Virus record (IMG/VR): IMGVR_UViG_3300023174_000097
Location: 1 to 64,000 of that record
Length of the DNA: 64,000 nucleotides
Origin: a virus
Reading direction: 5' to 3' (one strand)
Shown: positions 7,888 through 18,090 of the stretch, one piece after another
Numbering within the stretch: the stretch's first letter is position 1
Layout: each line of letters starts with the position of its first letter
Notes under the pieces: generated by a model
Told to the model about the DNA's origin: nothing
The model's input: only the letters and a program-made list of their open reading frames with translations
Database searches by the model: none
Translations under genes and position numbers: made by a program

Positions 7888-9397
7888 CCATCCGTTGACC
7901 TGAAGGTTATTTAGCGGATGTAAAATCGGGTGAATTGCTGGAAACTCTTGACAATTTATCTACTACAGCATAGTTGGAAACGACAAGTGCGAAAGTTTGA
8001 AAAAGATAAATTATAAGACAATCAGCAGCCAAGCATCTGTCCGGAAACGGTGATGAAGGTTCAGAGACTACGGTTAGCCTAAAATACATTTAAGTATCAT
8101 GGCAATGATCCGACAGCGCCCGACTCGCTTAAGCGATGATGATATAGTCCAAAATACTATTATGTAGTATGATGTAAGTCCTTCTGGAGTAGGTACTCAA
8201 ACAAGATATATGATTGAAGCCATGTTAAAAACTGGCAAATATCAATTTGTCTCGCTTGGTGGAGCGGTAAAACACAATGATTATCGCATTCAAAAAACCC
8301 AAGAATGGGGAGATGATTTTGTTATAATCCCAGTTGATGGTTATGGTACGCAAGATTTAATTAGACAATTATTAAAACAACAAAAACCAGATATTCTTTG
8401 GTTTATGACCGATCCAAGATTTTATGGTTGGCTTTGGGAGATAGAAGACGAAATTCGCTGTAATGTTCCCATGGTTTATTACCATGTATGGGACAATAAA
8501 CCATATCCAAAATTTAACAAACCTTATTACGCATCAAACGATGTAATAGTTACAATTTCTAAAGTAACAGATGATATAGTTAGAAATGTCTCGCCAGAAG
8601 TTGAAACACACTACATCCCACATGGTGTAGATATGAATGTTTTCTGTAAATATCCACAACAGCAAGTAGCTGAATTTAGAAAAAGAGTATTCCCAACTGA
8701 AATAGAAAAAAGATTTACAATTTTCTGGAATAGCAGAAATGCACGCCGCAAAAATCCTGGTAGCGTTGTGTGGTGGTTTAACGACTTCCTAAATGTTGTT
8801 GGAAAAGACAAAGCAAGATTGTTAATGCACACAGATCCAAAAGATCCTCACGGACCAGATTTAGAGGCCATAATATCTGAACTTGGATTATTAAATGGAG
8901 AAGTAATGTTCTCCCCAGCAAGAGTTGGATCTCAAGATTTAGCTGCAATGTATAACATGTCAGACGTAACTGTTAGTTTGTCTGACGCTGAAGGATTTGG
9001 ACTTTCAACCTTAGAAAGTCTTGCTTGTGAGACACCAATAATAGTTCCAAGAACCGGTGGTCTGCAAGAGCAAGTAAAAAATGATGAAGGCGACTATTTT
9101 GGTGTTGAACTTCCAATTGCTTCACAAATGATTGTTGGTTCTCAAGAGGTTCCATTCATTTACGAAGATCGTGTTGGTAAAGAAGACTTTATAAATGCTC
9201 TTGTTAAATTATATAATATGCCTCAAGACGAGAGACAGATGCTTGGTAAAAAAGGAAGAATGCATTTAGAAAAGAATTACAATCTTGGTGTATTGATGGA
9301 TAAATGGGATCAGTTATTTACAAGTATTCATGAAAAACACGGTTCATGGGAAAATAGAAAAAATTATACTCGTTGGACCCTAAAGGAGATAGCATGA
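7853..9397 (+). CDS. GT-B (GT4-like) glycosyltransferase, spliced: join(7853..7895,8175..9397), 421 aa
   Basis: Exon 1 MNKKIKILTISDHP with GGAG RBS joins in frame to (L)SPSGVGTQTRYM; later RNARRKN and EGFGLSTLESLAC. Confidence 0.9.
7896..8174 (+). ncRNA. Group I intron, 279 nt, no internal ORF
   Basis: P1: exon CATCCGT pairs with IGS GCGGATG (7914-7920) with U.G at the splice site; P3 TCGGGTG/CGCCCGA; P4 TTGCTG/CAGCAG; R TCAGAGACTA; S GATGATATAGTCC; P8 and P9 hairpins; terminal G8174; removal restores the frame. Confidence 0.95.
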
Positions 9398-10626
9398 GAA
9401 AGAAAGTATTAATAAAAGGACCAGCTCTTTCCATGAGTGGCTATGGAGAACAAACAAGATTTGCTCTTCGCTCTTTAAAAACAAGAGAAGATTTATTTGA
9501 TATATTTCTTGTTAATATCCCTTGGGGAAAAACCGGTTGGACAATTGAAGAATCGGAAGAAACACAATGGATATCACAATTAATGGCCAAAACTCACGGA
9601 TACATTCAAGAAAAAGGTCCATTTGATATAAGTATCCAGGTCACTATACCAAACGAATTTGAAAAAATTGCTCCCGTAAATATTGGTTATACAGCCGGAA
9701 TTGAAACAACAAAAGTTTCTCCACAATGGATTGATAAAGCAAGATTGATGGATAAGATTATTGTTGTTTCAAATCATTCAAAGCAAGTATTTGATTTGAC
9801 TGAATATAAGATACAAAATCCACAGAATAAGCAAGTAATAGATTTTAAAAACACCACTCCTATTGATGTAGTACATTTTCCCGTTAAGAAATTACAGCAA
9901 AAAGAAATAAATCTTGATTTAAAAACTGATTTTAACTTTCTGTCCGTTGCTCAATGGGGACCAAGGAAAAATGTTGAAGCAACAATTGTAAGCTTTTTAA
10001 AAGAGTTTAAAAACGATACTGATATTGGTCTAGTTCTCAAACTAAACGTTGCCAAAAACTGTCTTATGGATAGAATTGCTTGCGAAAATAGAATACAAGC
10101 TGCAAAGAAAAGAGTGCCCGATGCTAAATGCAGTGTATATCTTCTTCATGGGAACATGAGTGATGAAGAAATGCAGGGTCTATATACTCATCCAAAAATA
10201 AAAGCTCTTGTATCAACAACTCACGGTGAAGGATTCGGTCTACCATTATTTGAAGCAGCATGTAATGGACTCCCAGTAGTTGCTCCAAAATGGAGTGGTC
10301 ATGTTGATTTCCTCCTTGCCCCAGTTAAAGAAGACGGTAAAACAAAAATGAGAAACCATTTTACAAGTGTTGATTTTGATTTAGGAGTTGTCAACAAAGA
10401 AGCAATTTGGGAAGGAGTAATACAAGCAGACAGTCAATGGTGTTTTGTTAAGGAACACAGCGTTATGGATGCAATGAGAAAGGTTCAGAAGAATCATGGT
10501 GGAGTTCTTGCTGCAGCAAGAAAACTAAAAGAACACATCTTAGAAGAATTTGCCGAGCAAAAACAAGTAAATAAATTTATTCAAGTATTAAATGGAAAAT
10601 CAGATGGAACAGAAATTATTCTTTGA
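9394..10626 (+). CDS. GT-B (GT4-like) glycosyltransferase
   Basis: SGYG start motif, QWGPRKN, HGEGFGLPLFEAA. Confidence 0.9.
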   Translation: MRKKVLIKGPALSMSGYGEQTRFALRSLKTREDLFDIFLVNIPWGKTGWTIEESEETQWISQLMAKTHGYIQEKGPFDISIQVTIPNEFEKIAPVNIGYTAGIETTKVSPQWIDKARLMDKIIVVSNHSKQVFDLTEYKIQNPQNKQVIDFKNTTPIDVVHFPVKKLQQKEINLDLKTDFNFLSVAQWGPRKNVEATIVSFLKEFKNDTDIGLVLKLNVAKNCLMDRIACENRIQAAKKRVPDAKCSVYLLHGNMSDEEMQGLYTHPKIKALVSTTHGEGFGLPLFEAACNGLPVVAPKWSGHVDFLLAPVKEDGKTKMRNHFTSVDFDLGVVNKEAIWEGVIQADSQWCFVKEHSVMDAMRKVQKNHGGVLAAARKLKEHILEEFAEQKQVNKFIQVLNGKSDGTEIIL

Positions 10627-11650
10627 ATGTAATTTATTCAACGAAGAAGTTGATATCTTCACGGATAAATTTATAGTTAATCAAAAAGAGATCTTGCTTG
10701 ATGAAGTAATGGGTCATCAGGCAAAATTTAAATTTATTGATGTAGAATATATTTGCAAATTCACAAAACAAAAAACAGAAATTGATAAAACAAAACCATT
10801 TATTATTATTCCTTCAAGAAATAATATAGATTTAATTGAATATACTTTAAATAATTTATTTATCAACAATGTTGATGAAATTTGTAATATAATGGTGGTT
10901 GATGATCGCTCTACTGACGATTATTCATCGCTTTTAAAATATTCTTCTCTTTCTTTGTTGCGAGTTGATAATCAAAAAGGTTTTAATTTTTCAATGCTTT
11001 GTAATATTGGAGCATATGTAGCCAACAAATTAGGTTGTGAAGAAATAATATTATGGAATAATGATTTATGGGTTGAAAAAAGAGAATATCTAGAAACAAT
11101 AATTAAAAAACATAGGGAAGATAAGTCGACTATTTCTGGTACAAAACTTCTTTATCCACTTAAATCATTTAATGGAAATACGGAAGATAGTGAGAATGTA
11201 AAGCAGCATTTTCCTGATATGAAAGATGGAAAATGGAGAGGAACAATTCAGTTTGGCGGCTCATCATGGGCACAGTTTCCAAATACTCCAATACTGTTTA
11301 GTCCATTACACTTTAAGAGATTTTCCCAGCCTGATAATCATTTAGTAAATTGTGATAAAGGAGAAACATTTATAACTGGTGCTTTTCATTTATATGATTT
11401 ATCTTGGTTTATTAAAATGGGAGGATTAAATCCTTCTCTTTCAAAAAACTTTCAAGATGTTGATGTATGTTTAAGGGCTTTTGAAGATAATAAAAAAGTA
11501 ATGTATTATGGAAAAGATATTCATTTTTTACACGATGAATCTTTGACTTTTAATTCGGTTGGTGAAAAAAAGAACGATAAACAAATGATAAGTGATCATG
11601 TATTATTTGGAAAAATCTGGAATAGTAAAATAACAAAAATAATACTTTAA
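10592..11650 (+). CDS. GT2-family glycosyltransferase
   Basis: IIIPS, VVDDRSTD, FNFSMLCN.G, WNND, FQDVDVCL, HDES. Confidence 0.85.
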   Translation: MENQMEQKLFFECNLFNEEVDIFTDKFIVNQKEILLDEVMGHQAKFKFIDVEYICKFTKQKTEIDKTKPFIIIPSRNNIDLIEYTLNNLFINNVDEICNIMVVDDRSTDDYSSLLKYSSLSLLRVDNQKGFNFSMLCNIGAYVANKLGCEEIILWNNDLWVEKREYLETIIKKHREDKSTISGTKLLYPLKSFNGNTEDSENVKQHFPDMKDGKWRGTIQFGGSSWAQFPNTPILFSPLHFKRFSQPDNHLVNCDKGETFITGAFHLYDLSWFIKMGGLNPSLSKNFQDVDVCLRAFEDNKKVMYYGKDIHFLHDESLTFNSVGEKKNDKQMISDHVLFGKIWNSKITKIIL

Positions 11651-11652
11651 AT

Positions 11653-12339
11653 ATGAAAAAAACAGTATGTATCTTTATTCATCATGATTCGTCTGATTCT
11701 TATTCTTCTGAAGATTTAGATTATATTAAAAAAATAAGTTCTATTTTTTCTGATGTAATAGTATTGACAAGCAATACTCATCCAATAACCAATATTGATA
11801 ACATACAAACAAAATATAATATTCCTAATATTGGTTATGATTTTGGAAAATTAGAGACCTATGTTAACTCAATCAATCTTGAAGAAATTGAAGATTTATA
11901 TGTATTTAATAATAGCTGTTTGCTAGTAAGAGATCCGAGTATTTCCATTGAGCATATGAAAAAAAGAAGTTTAGATTTTTGGGGCTATACAACTTCAACA
12001 GAAGAAACAATGCATATTCAGAGTTATTTTCTTTACTTTAGTAATAAATCAATTAAATTATTAAAAGAATTTTTATCAAACAACAGTCCTGTTAAGAATA
12101 ATTTTTCTCATATTGATGTTGTTAAAAAAATAGAACTTCAATTATTAAGATATATGTACGATAATAAAGTTAAATGCGGAGCTTATATGCAAGCTCACAA
12201 GCTATTTCCAGATATAAATTCTACAATAATTCATGCAGATAAATTATTAGTTTTAAATCCACATTTTCCTTTTATAAAGAAAAAAGTTTATACATTTGCA
12301 AAAACTTTTGATAAAAATTACTTGTTAAGTTTAGTCTAA
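11653..12339 (+). CDS. RgpF-like (rhamnan synthesis F) protein
   Basis: NIGYDFG, FNNS, DFWGYT, HIQSYFL, PFIKKK. Confidence 0.7.
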   Translation: MKKTVCIFIHHDSSDSYSSEDLDYIKKISSIFSDVIVLTSNTHPITNIDNIQTKYNIPNIGYDFGKLETYVNSINLEEIEDLYVFNNSCLLVRDPSISIEHMKKRSLDFWGYTTSTEETMHIQSYFLYFSNKSIKLLKEFLSNNSPVKNNFSHIDVVKKIELQLLRYMYDNKVKCGAYMQAHKLFPDINSTIIHADKLLVLNPHFPFIKKKVYTFAKTFDKNYLLSLV

Positions 12340-12341
12340 AC

Positions 12342-13211
12342 ATGAAATACATATCAATATGTTCTATAATGAAAAATGAAGAAAACTATTTAGATGAATG
12401 GTTATTTTTTCATATCAATATTGGAATAGAACATTTTTATTTATATGATAATGATACTGAGAATAAAGAACAAGTTTTAAAAATCATAAAAAAATACGAT
12501 AAATATGTTACTTTATATTCCATTCCTGGTAGAGTTCAACAATTAAATGCATATAATCATTGCTTATTTCATCATAAAAATGATACACATTGGCTAGCAA
12601 CTATTGATTTGGACGAGTTTTTAGTTCCAAATAAAAAAGATAATTTAAAAGATGTTGTTTCATCTTACGAACAGTTTGATGGAATAGGAATTAATTGGCT
12701 TATGTTTGGCAACAATGGACATGAAAAAGTACATAATGATTATAGTATAATTGATAGATTTGATAAATGCTGCGAACCAGATAAAAATTTGGATCATTCT
12801 TTACAAAATTCTGATAAATTTGATCCTTGCTCTCATATTAAGACGATAGCAAAAACGACAAAAATACTATCATATCACAATCCACATTTTGCTATATATA
12901 AAAATAATAATTTTGCCTGTGACGAAAAAAAGAATCCTATAAATGGTAGTAATAAAAAAATAGGATTAGCCGGCACTAATTTTGTTAGTCATGATTTTTT
13001 ACAAGTAAATCACTATTCTGTAAAAAGTTGGGAAGAGTTCAGAAAAAGAAGATCACAGCCTTTAGCAGACAGCTTCACAGTGCCTGAATTTTATAAATCA
13101 GAAAATCTGAGAGATACTTTTGAAAAATTAAATTTTGAAAATAATTGTGCTATAAACAATAGAGCTAAACAATTAATGAAAATTTTTAAAAATAGACCGG
13201 AGAAAATATGA
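12342..13211 (+). CDS. Glycosyltransferase, GT92/GT2-like
   Basis: ICSIMKNE..YLDEWL.FH...G.EHFYLYDN, IDLDEF, NHY..KS. Confidence 0.85.
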   Translation: MKYISICSIMKNEENYLDEWLFFHINIGIEHFYLYDNDTENKEQVLKIIKKYDKYVTLYSIPGRVQQLNAYNHCLFHHKNDTHWLATIDLDEFLVPNKKDNLKDVVSSYEQFDGIGINWLMFGNNGHEKVHNDYSIIDRFDKCCEPDKNLDHSLQNSDKFDPCSHIKTIAKTTKILSYHNPHFAIYKNNNFACDEKKNPINGSNKKIGLAGTNFVSHDFLQVNHYSVKSWEEFRKRRSQPLADSFTVPEFYKSENLRDTFEKLNFENNCAINNRAKQLMKIFKNRPEKI

Positions 13212-13798
13212 AATTTTTTACACAAGATTGGTTTTGGGGAAATATAGATAGATTCAATAAACATTTAGGTCATCTTAGAGGACAACCAAATTTAGAATTT
13301 TTAGAAATTGGTAGCTTTGAAGGAAAAAGTACTGTTTGGTTATTAGACAATATATTAACTCACGAAACAAGTAATATAACTTGTATTGATACTTTTGAGG
13401 GCGGTTTTGAACATGCACAAATGCGTTTAGATTTAAATAATTTATATAATGTATTTTTGAATAATGTTTCTGAATATGGCAAAAAAGTAACTCCAATAAA
13501 AAAAATGAGTTCAATTGGTTTGCTAGAACAAACAGTTAGAGATAAAAAATATGACTTTATTTACATCGATGGTTGTCATGAATCTAAAGAAGTATTAGAA
13601 GATGCGATATTATCATGGCAACTTTTAAAAGAAGGTGGAATAATAATTTTTGATGATTATTTGTGGGGCGTTCATAGAGGAGAAACAGATCAAACAAACG
13701 CACCAAAAATTTCTATTGATTCTTTTATGAATTGCTATGCTCGTTATATTGATATTTTAGAAATTGACTATCAAGTAGTTTTAAGAAAGAAAACTTGA
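13208..13798 (+). CDS. Class I SAM-dependent methyltransferase
   Basis: LEIGSFEGKS, FIYIDGCH, GGIIIFDDY. Confidence 0.9.
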   Translation: MKFFTQDWFWGNIDRFNKHLGHLRGQPNLEFLEIGSFEGKSTVWLLDNILTHETSNITCIDTFEGGFEHAQMRLDLNNLYNVFLNNVSEYGKKVTPIKKMSSIGLLEQTVRDKKYDFIYIDGCHESKEVLEDAILSWQLLKEGGIIIFDDYLWGVHRGETDQTNAPKISIDSFMNCYARYIDILEIDYQVVLRKKT

Positions 13799-13804
13799 TA
13801 AATA

Positions 13805-14380
13805 ATGGAGCAAAAAATGACGCTGATAGAAATATTAAAAAATTTTAATTTAGATGACGCTGGATATACTTATGGTACAGATAAAAATACTATACATGAT
13901 TATATAAATGGTTTTTATGAAAGTGGTCTTTTGCCATATAAAGAAAAATCATTAGATATTTTAGAAATAGGAATATATTTTGGTGCATCTTTAAAATTAT
14001 GGAGAGAATATTTTCCAAATGCTAAAATATATGGAGCAGATATACAAAATAGAGTATTGCCTCAATATAAAAATATAAACAACGTTGAATATATTTTTGG
14101 AGATGCTTATTCTCAAGAATTTTTAAATAATGAATTGAAATTTGATGTGATAATAGATGATGGTCCCCACACTTTACAATCTCAAAGAGATTTTATAAGA
14201 AAATATCATTCTAAATTAAAAAAAGATTCTATTATGATAATAGAAGATATAGCAGACATAATGTATATTCCAATATTAAAAGACGAAGTTCCTGATGGCT
14301 TTACTTGTGAAGTTATTGATTTAAGAAAAAACAAAAACAGATATGATGATTTAATGTTAATAATAAGAAATGGAGAATAA
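13805..14380 (+). CDS. Class I SAM-dependent methyltransferase, sugar O-methyltransferase-like
   Basis: GTDK...HDY, LEIGI..GAS, IIDDGPH, IIEDI. Confidence 0.85.
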   Translation: MEQKMTLIEILKNFNLDDAGYTYGTDKNTIHDYINGFYESGLLPYKEKSLDILEIGIYFGASLKLWREYFPNAKIYGADIQNRVLPQYKNINNVEYIFGDAYSQEFLNNELKFDVIIDDGPHTLQSQRDFIRKYHSKLKKDSIMIIEDIADIMYIPILKDEVPDGFTCEVIDLRKNKNRYDDLMLIIRNGE

Positions 14381-14720
14381 TATGACTGAAACAAGACCAT
14401 GGGGAGAATTTCAAGTTCTCCATGAAGAAGAAAAATGCAAAATAAAGAAACTAGTTGTCAAGCCAGGACAAAAATTTAGCCTACAAACTCATCAAAATAG
14501 AAACGAATTGTGGTCTATTATAAGTGGAAATGGTGAAATAACTCTTGATGATGAGATTATGCCAACACAAGCAGGAATGATATATTATATTCCTGCTACA
14601 ATAAAACATAGATTAGAAAATGTTGGTAATGACGATCTTATTGTGATAGAAGTTCAAACAGGGACTTCATTTGCAGAAGAAGATATAGTAAGATACGAAG
14701 ATTTTTACGGAAGGGTATAA
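14370..14720 (+). CDS. Cupin, mannose-6-phosphate isomerase type II C-terminal-like
   Basis: RPWG, SLQTH..RNELW, HRLEN, IEVQTG, EEDIVR..D.YGR. Confidence 0.9.
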   Translation: MENNMTETRPWGEFQVLHEEEKCKIKKLVVKPGQKFSLQTHQNRNELWSIISGNGEITLDDEIMPTQAGMIYYIPATIKHRLENVGNDDLIVIEVQTGTSFAEEDIVRYEDFYGRV

Positions 14721-14722
14721 AA

Positions 14723-14935
14723 ATGGAAAAATTTAAATTATCAAATCAAGCACTTGGTGCAGTAATGATGGCTCTACAAAATAGTATATTAACACAAACT
14801 GATATTGTACCGGTATTGAAAGGTTTTGAATTATTCGTAGGACCAGATGGAGAATTAGTTGTATCAAATCCACCATCAATAAGAGCAGCACTACCAGAAG
14901 ATGATGAAGAAGCTTCTGTGTTTGTAAGTGAATGA
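14723..14935 (+). CDS. Hypothetical protein
   Basis: 70-aa ORF tightly packed in the operon. Confidence 0.7.
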   Translation: MEKFKLSNQALGAVMMALQNSILTQTDIVPVLKGFELFVGPDGELVVSNPPSIRAALPEDDEEASVFVSE

Positions 14936-14936
14936 T

Positions 14937-15191
14937 ATGCCAAGATACGTGTATCATTGTGAAAAATGTGATAATATATTTGAATATTATCATGGTATGA
15001 AAGAAAAAAAGAGTGAATGTGAAGTGTGCAAAGAACAAACCTTGTTAAAACTTCCGTATTTCAGTGGTACAATAAAAAAGCAATCTACTAAAAAAGTAGG
15101 TTCAATAGTTGAGTCTTATATTGAAGAAGCACGTGAAGAGATAAAGCGCGAAAAGAAAGAATTAAGTAAGACAGAATTTAAACCTGAATGA
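14937..15191 (+). CDS. FmdB-like zinc-ribbon protein
   Basis: MPRYVYHCEKC...FE...CEVC. Confidence 0.8.
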   Translation: MPRYVYHCEKCDNIFEYYHGMKEKKSECEVCKEQTLLKLPYFSGTIKKQSTKKVGSIVESYIEEAREEIKREKKELSKTEFKPE

Positions 15192-15580
15192 CTATACTAA
15201 TAACATTATTAATTTTATTTATCGTTTCAACCGCCCTTCTCGGATGGTTTTGCTTTAAGCTGGTATTTAGACTCAACTTTGTTTCCAATAATCTGGTTGA
15301 ATTGTATGGCAGATTAAGTGAATTTGACCAACATATCAAATTTATTTATGAACTTGAAATGTACTATGGTGATGAAACCTTAAAAAATCTTATTCGTCAT
15401 TCAAGAGATTTAAGAAATTACATGACAAAATATAAAGAAGTTATGGAATTATTGGAAGAACAAGAAGAAATTATTGAAGAGGAAATTGATGACGAAGACG
15501 ACCAAAACCCCGAGAACAATGAGGAGAAAGAAAAATTCGCCTCAACAACAGGAAAAACTCTATTTTACTCAGGAACATGA
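15188..15580 (+). CDS. Hypothetical membrane protein
   Basis: N-terminal TM helix, acidic tail. Confidence 0.7.
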   Translation: MTILITLLILFIVSTALLGWFCFKLVFRLNFVSNNLVELYGRLSEFDQHIKFIYELEMYYGDETLKNLIRHSRDLRNYMTKYKEVMELLEEQEEIIEEEIDDEDDQNPENNEEKEKFASTTGKTLFYSGT

Positions 15581-16223
15581 AGATGCAATTATCAAATATG
15601 CTATTACAAAAGATCCAAAAGTAAGACAATATCTATATAGAAGTTTAATTGGTCCAGCTTTCAATGAAATGGTGAATAAAATTGTATTCACCTATAAATT
15701 CAATAATCTTCCAAATATTGATGATTTAAAAGAAGAATGCAAAATTTGGATCACAACCATATTAGATAAGTTTGATCCATCAAAAGGCTCTAAGGCTTTT
15801 AGTTATTTCTCTGTCATTACAAAAAATTGGTTTATTCATAAAGTTAAAAAAGTAAGCCGCCAGAATAAAAAAGAATTATTTCTTGATGATGCAGAACATC
15901 AAAAAGAAGTTGATTATGACAATTTAATCGTTCACAATGAAAGTGATAACCTCAGAGAGAGTGAAGAGTTCTGGAATCATTTATGGATTGAGATAGAGGG
16001 ATGGAAGAAGTTAGATTTAAAAGCAAACGAAAAGAAAGTTCTTGATGCAATAATAATCTTATTGAAAGATCCGGATTCAATAGAAATTTTTAATAAAAAA
16101 GCAATTTATTTATATGTTCGTGAAATAACCGATCTTAATACAAAACAAGTTGTTAATAATCTTAATAAAATAAGGCAGAAATATAAAGATTTCAAAAAAA
16201 CATGGGATAATGGAGAAATTTAA
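15489..16223 (+). CDS. Phage sigma factor, T4 gp55-like late sigma
   Basis: Region-2-like DDLKEEC...LDKFDPSKGSKAFSYFSVITKN; lies just before the virion module. Confidence 0.7.
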   Translation: MTKTTKTPRTMRRKKNSPQQQEKLYFTQEHEDAIIKYAITKDPKVRQYLYRSLIGPAFNEMVNKIVFTYKFNNLPNIDDLKEECKIWITTILDKFDPSKGSKAFSYFSVITKNWFIHKVKKVSRQNKKELFLDDAEHQKEVDYDNLIVHNESDNLRESEEFWNHLWIEIEGWKKLDLKANEKKVLDAIIILLKDPDSIEIFNKKAIYLYVREITDLNTKQVVNNLNKIRQKYKDFKKTWDNGEI

Positions 16224-16242
16224 TTAGACCATAATTATTAGT

Positions 16243-16530
16243 ATGAAATCAAAAGACGAATTAATACAACAAGCTATTAAAAATATTGACGAAGATCGTG
16301 CAGCTGCCAAAGAGCTATTAGAGGATGTCGCTCAATATATTGGACAGCAACAAGATCGTTATGCAACGACGGGAATGGTTGCTGCTAAATATTTGGAAAC
16401 ATTACAGCGTTCAAATGAACAGCTTGTTAAACTTATTGGCTTAATGAAAAGGTCAGATGAAGATAAATATGGTGATTTAAACAAAGAAGATAAAGAAAGT
16501 CTCTATAATGAAATAGAGGAGACAGAATGA
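16243..16530 (+). CDS. Hypothetical helical protein
   Basis: 95-aa ORF preceded by ATAATTAT. Confidence 0.75.
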   Translation: MKSKDELIQQAIKNIDEDRAAAKELLEDVAQYIGQQQDRYATTGMVAAKYLETLQRSNEQLVKLIGLMKRSDEDKYGDLNKEDKESLYNEIEETE

Positions 16531-16531
16531 G

Positions 16532-18070
16532 ATGATGATAAAAGAAGCCGACAGGCAAGATCCAAAAAGACAACAAAATTCAGTATTACCAACCACCCCA
16601 ACTCATCACTCATCTATTGATAGAAATCCAACTCCAGGACTCAAATCATTAAATGAAACAATAAAATTACTTTCGGAAGCTCCAATTTCAAGAGTAGTTG
16701 ATAATGCTACTGTCCTTGAAGTTTGGCCACCTCTTGGTAATTTAAAAACAAAATATACACTTCCTCATTTAAACATGAAAGACGGAGAATATCTTGAAGA
16801 TTTTCTCTTAAAAATAAGAGATCCAATTCATGATCAAGGAAACAAAGTAAATCCAGAAGATTTACTTATTGAAATGCAAAAGTTAGATCCACAGGCAAAA
16901 CCTTCTTATTTTTTTGGTAACAAAACAGAAACTCCAGAAAAAAAAATAGCTATTAAAAATTATTACGATGCTTGTTCAACTCACAATACTTTTGCTCCAA
17001 AAACATTTGATGGTATGTCAAGCTCTCCTCCTGCTCCTGGCACAAAAGTAAGAATTTATTATTTTCAAGATCCACGTATTTCTGCAGGACATAATATAGC
17101 TGGATTATATGAAAAAATGTATGATGATGATATATTTGAAGAAGGATTTAATAGTTTAAGAGAAATTTTACAAACATTTAGACAATTATATCTTGAAGCA
17201 GTTGCTTCTACAAAAAGTATATTAGATTTAGTATCTGCAAATATACCAAGTTTAAATCCAGTAGAAGATAATAATGCCAGCCAATCATTAATTCCCGGTC
17301 CAGGTTCTTCACAAATCCGTCAAAATCTTGCTGCTAAAAATGAAGAACAAAAATATGATTATTTTGCAAATTTTGTGCCTCAAAATGCCGGCACATTTAA
17401 AACTAATTTAGGTGAAAAAAATATTATTGGTCTTCGTAAAACAACAAGTACAAAAGAAAATAAATATGATGATGTGTTTTATTTAGCATGGAAAGATAAT
17501 AGTGGCAAAAAAAGAGTTACCGAATACCTTGGCAATACAGAACCGACAGCTTCTTTTCTTGATAAATCAAATACGCGAGGAACAGCTCTTGAAAACTTAG
17601 ATCATCTTTCAAGATTGCGTCCTGGATTTATGATATATAATGTTGTTAGAACTCAAGAAAGAAAACCAAATGGTGAGTTAAAATATGGTGGCACATATTT
17701 GAGAATGAAATCAGGAACTTATGGTGTAACTGAAAAAGATTTAAATGATGATGGATTATTTAATGATAATTCAATAAATAATCGTGGAGGTACATCAATG
17801 TTGTTTCATCCTGGTGGCAGAAGAACAACAGGTAGTGCTGGATGTCAAACAATGCCAGGTGATGTTTTTGCTAAATTTATAAAAGATCTTTTAAGCGATG
17901 GAGAGCCAGGAGATTTAGGATATACTCTGGCAGATGAATCAAGTCTCTATGATCCAGACACAACGCAGAGTTCTGTACCACAACAGCCTACAACACAAGA
18001 AGATATGACTTTGGCTCAACAATCAAATCCCCAAGAAAGCACATCAGAAGAGCAATCATTAGGCAATTAA
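16532..18070 (+). CDS. Baseplate-associated protein with C-terminal L,D-transpeptidase (YkuD)-like domain
   Basis: LFHPGGRRTTGSAGCQT (H...SxGC); position before spike-like, gp25-like and gp6-like genes. Confidence 0.55.
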   Translation: MMIKEADRQDPKRQQNSVLPTTPTHHSSIDRNPTPGLKSLNETIKLLSEAPISRVVDNATVLEVWPPLGNLKTKYTLPHLNMKDGEYLEDFLLKIRDPIHDQGNKVNPEDLLIEMQKLDPQAKPSYFFGNKTETPEKKIAIKNYYDACSTHNTFAPKTFDGMSSSPPAPGTKVRIYYFQDPRISAGHNIAGLYEKMYDDDIFEEGFNSLREILQTFRQLYLEAVASTKSILDLVSANIPSLNPVEDNNASQSLIPGPGSSQIRQNLAAKNEEQKYDYFANFVPQNAGTFKTNLGEKNIIGLRKTTSTKENKYDDVFYLAWKDNSGKKRVTEYLGNTEPTASFLDKSNTRGTALENLDHLSRLRPGFMIYNVVRTQERKPNGELKYGGTYLRMKSGTYGVTEKDLNDDGLFNDNSINNRGGTSMLFHPGGRRTTGSAGCQTMPGDVFAKFIKDLLSDGEPGDLGYTLADESSLYDPDTTQSSVPQQPTTQEDMTLAQQSNPQESTSEEQSLGN

Positions 18071-18090
18071 TTTATCAATAAAGGTAATAT

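Noticed and set aside
7907-8089. Minus-strand ORF inside the intron as an intron-encoded protein
   Set aside because: Antisense to the ribozyme core, 60 aa, no nuclease motif
8210-9397. ATG 8210 as the true glycosyltransferase start
   Set aside because: It lacks the first Rossmann strand; splicing supplies MNKKIKILTISDHP with a proper RBS
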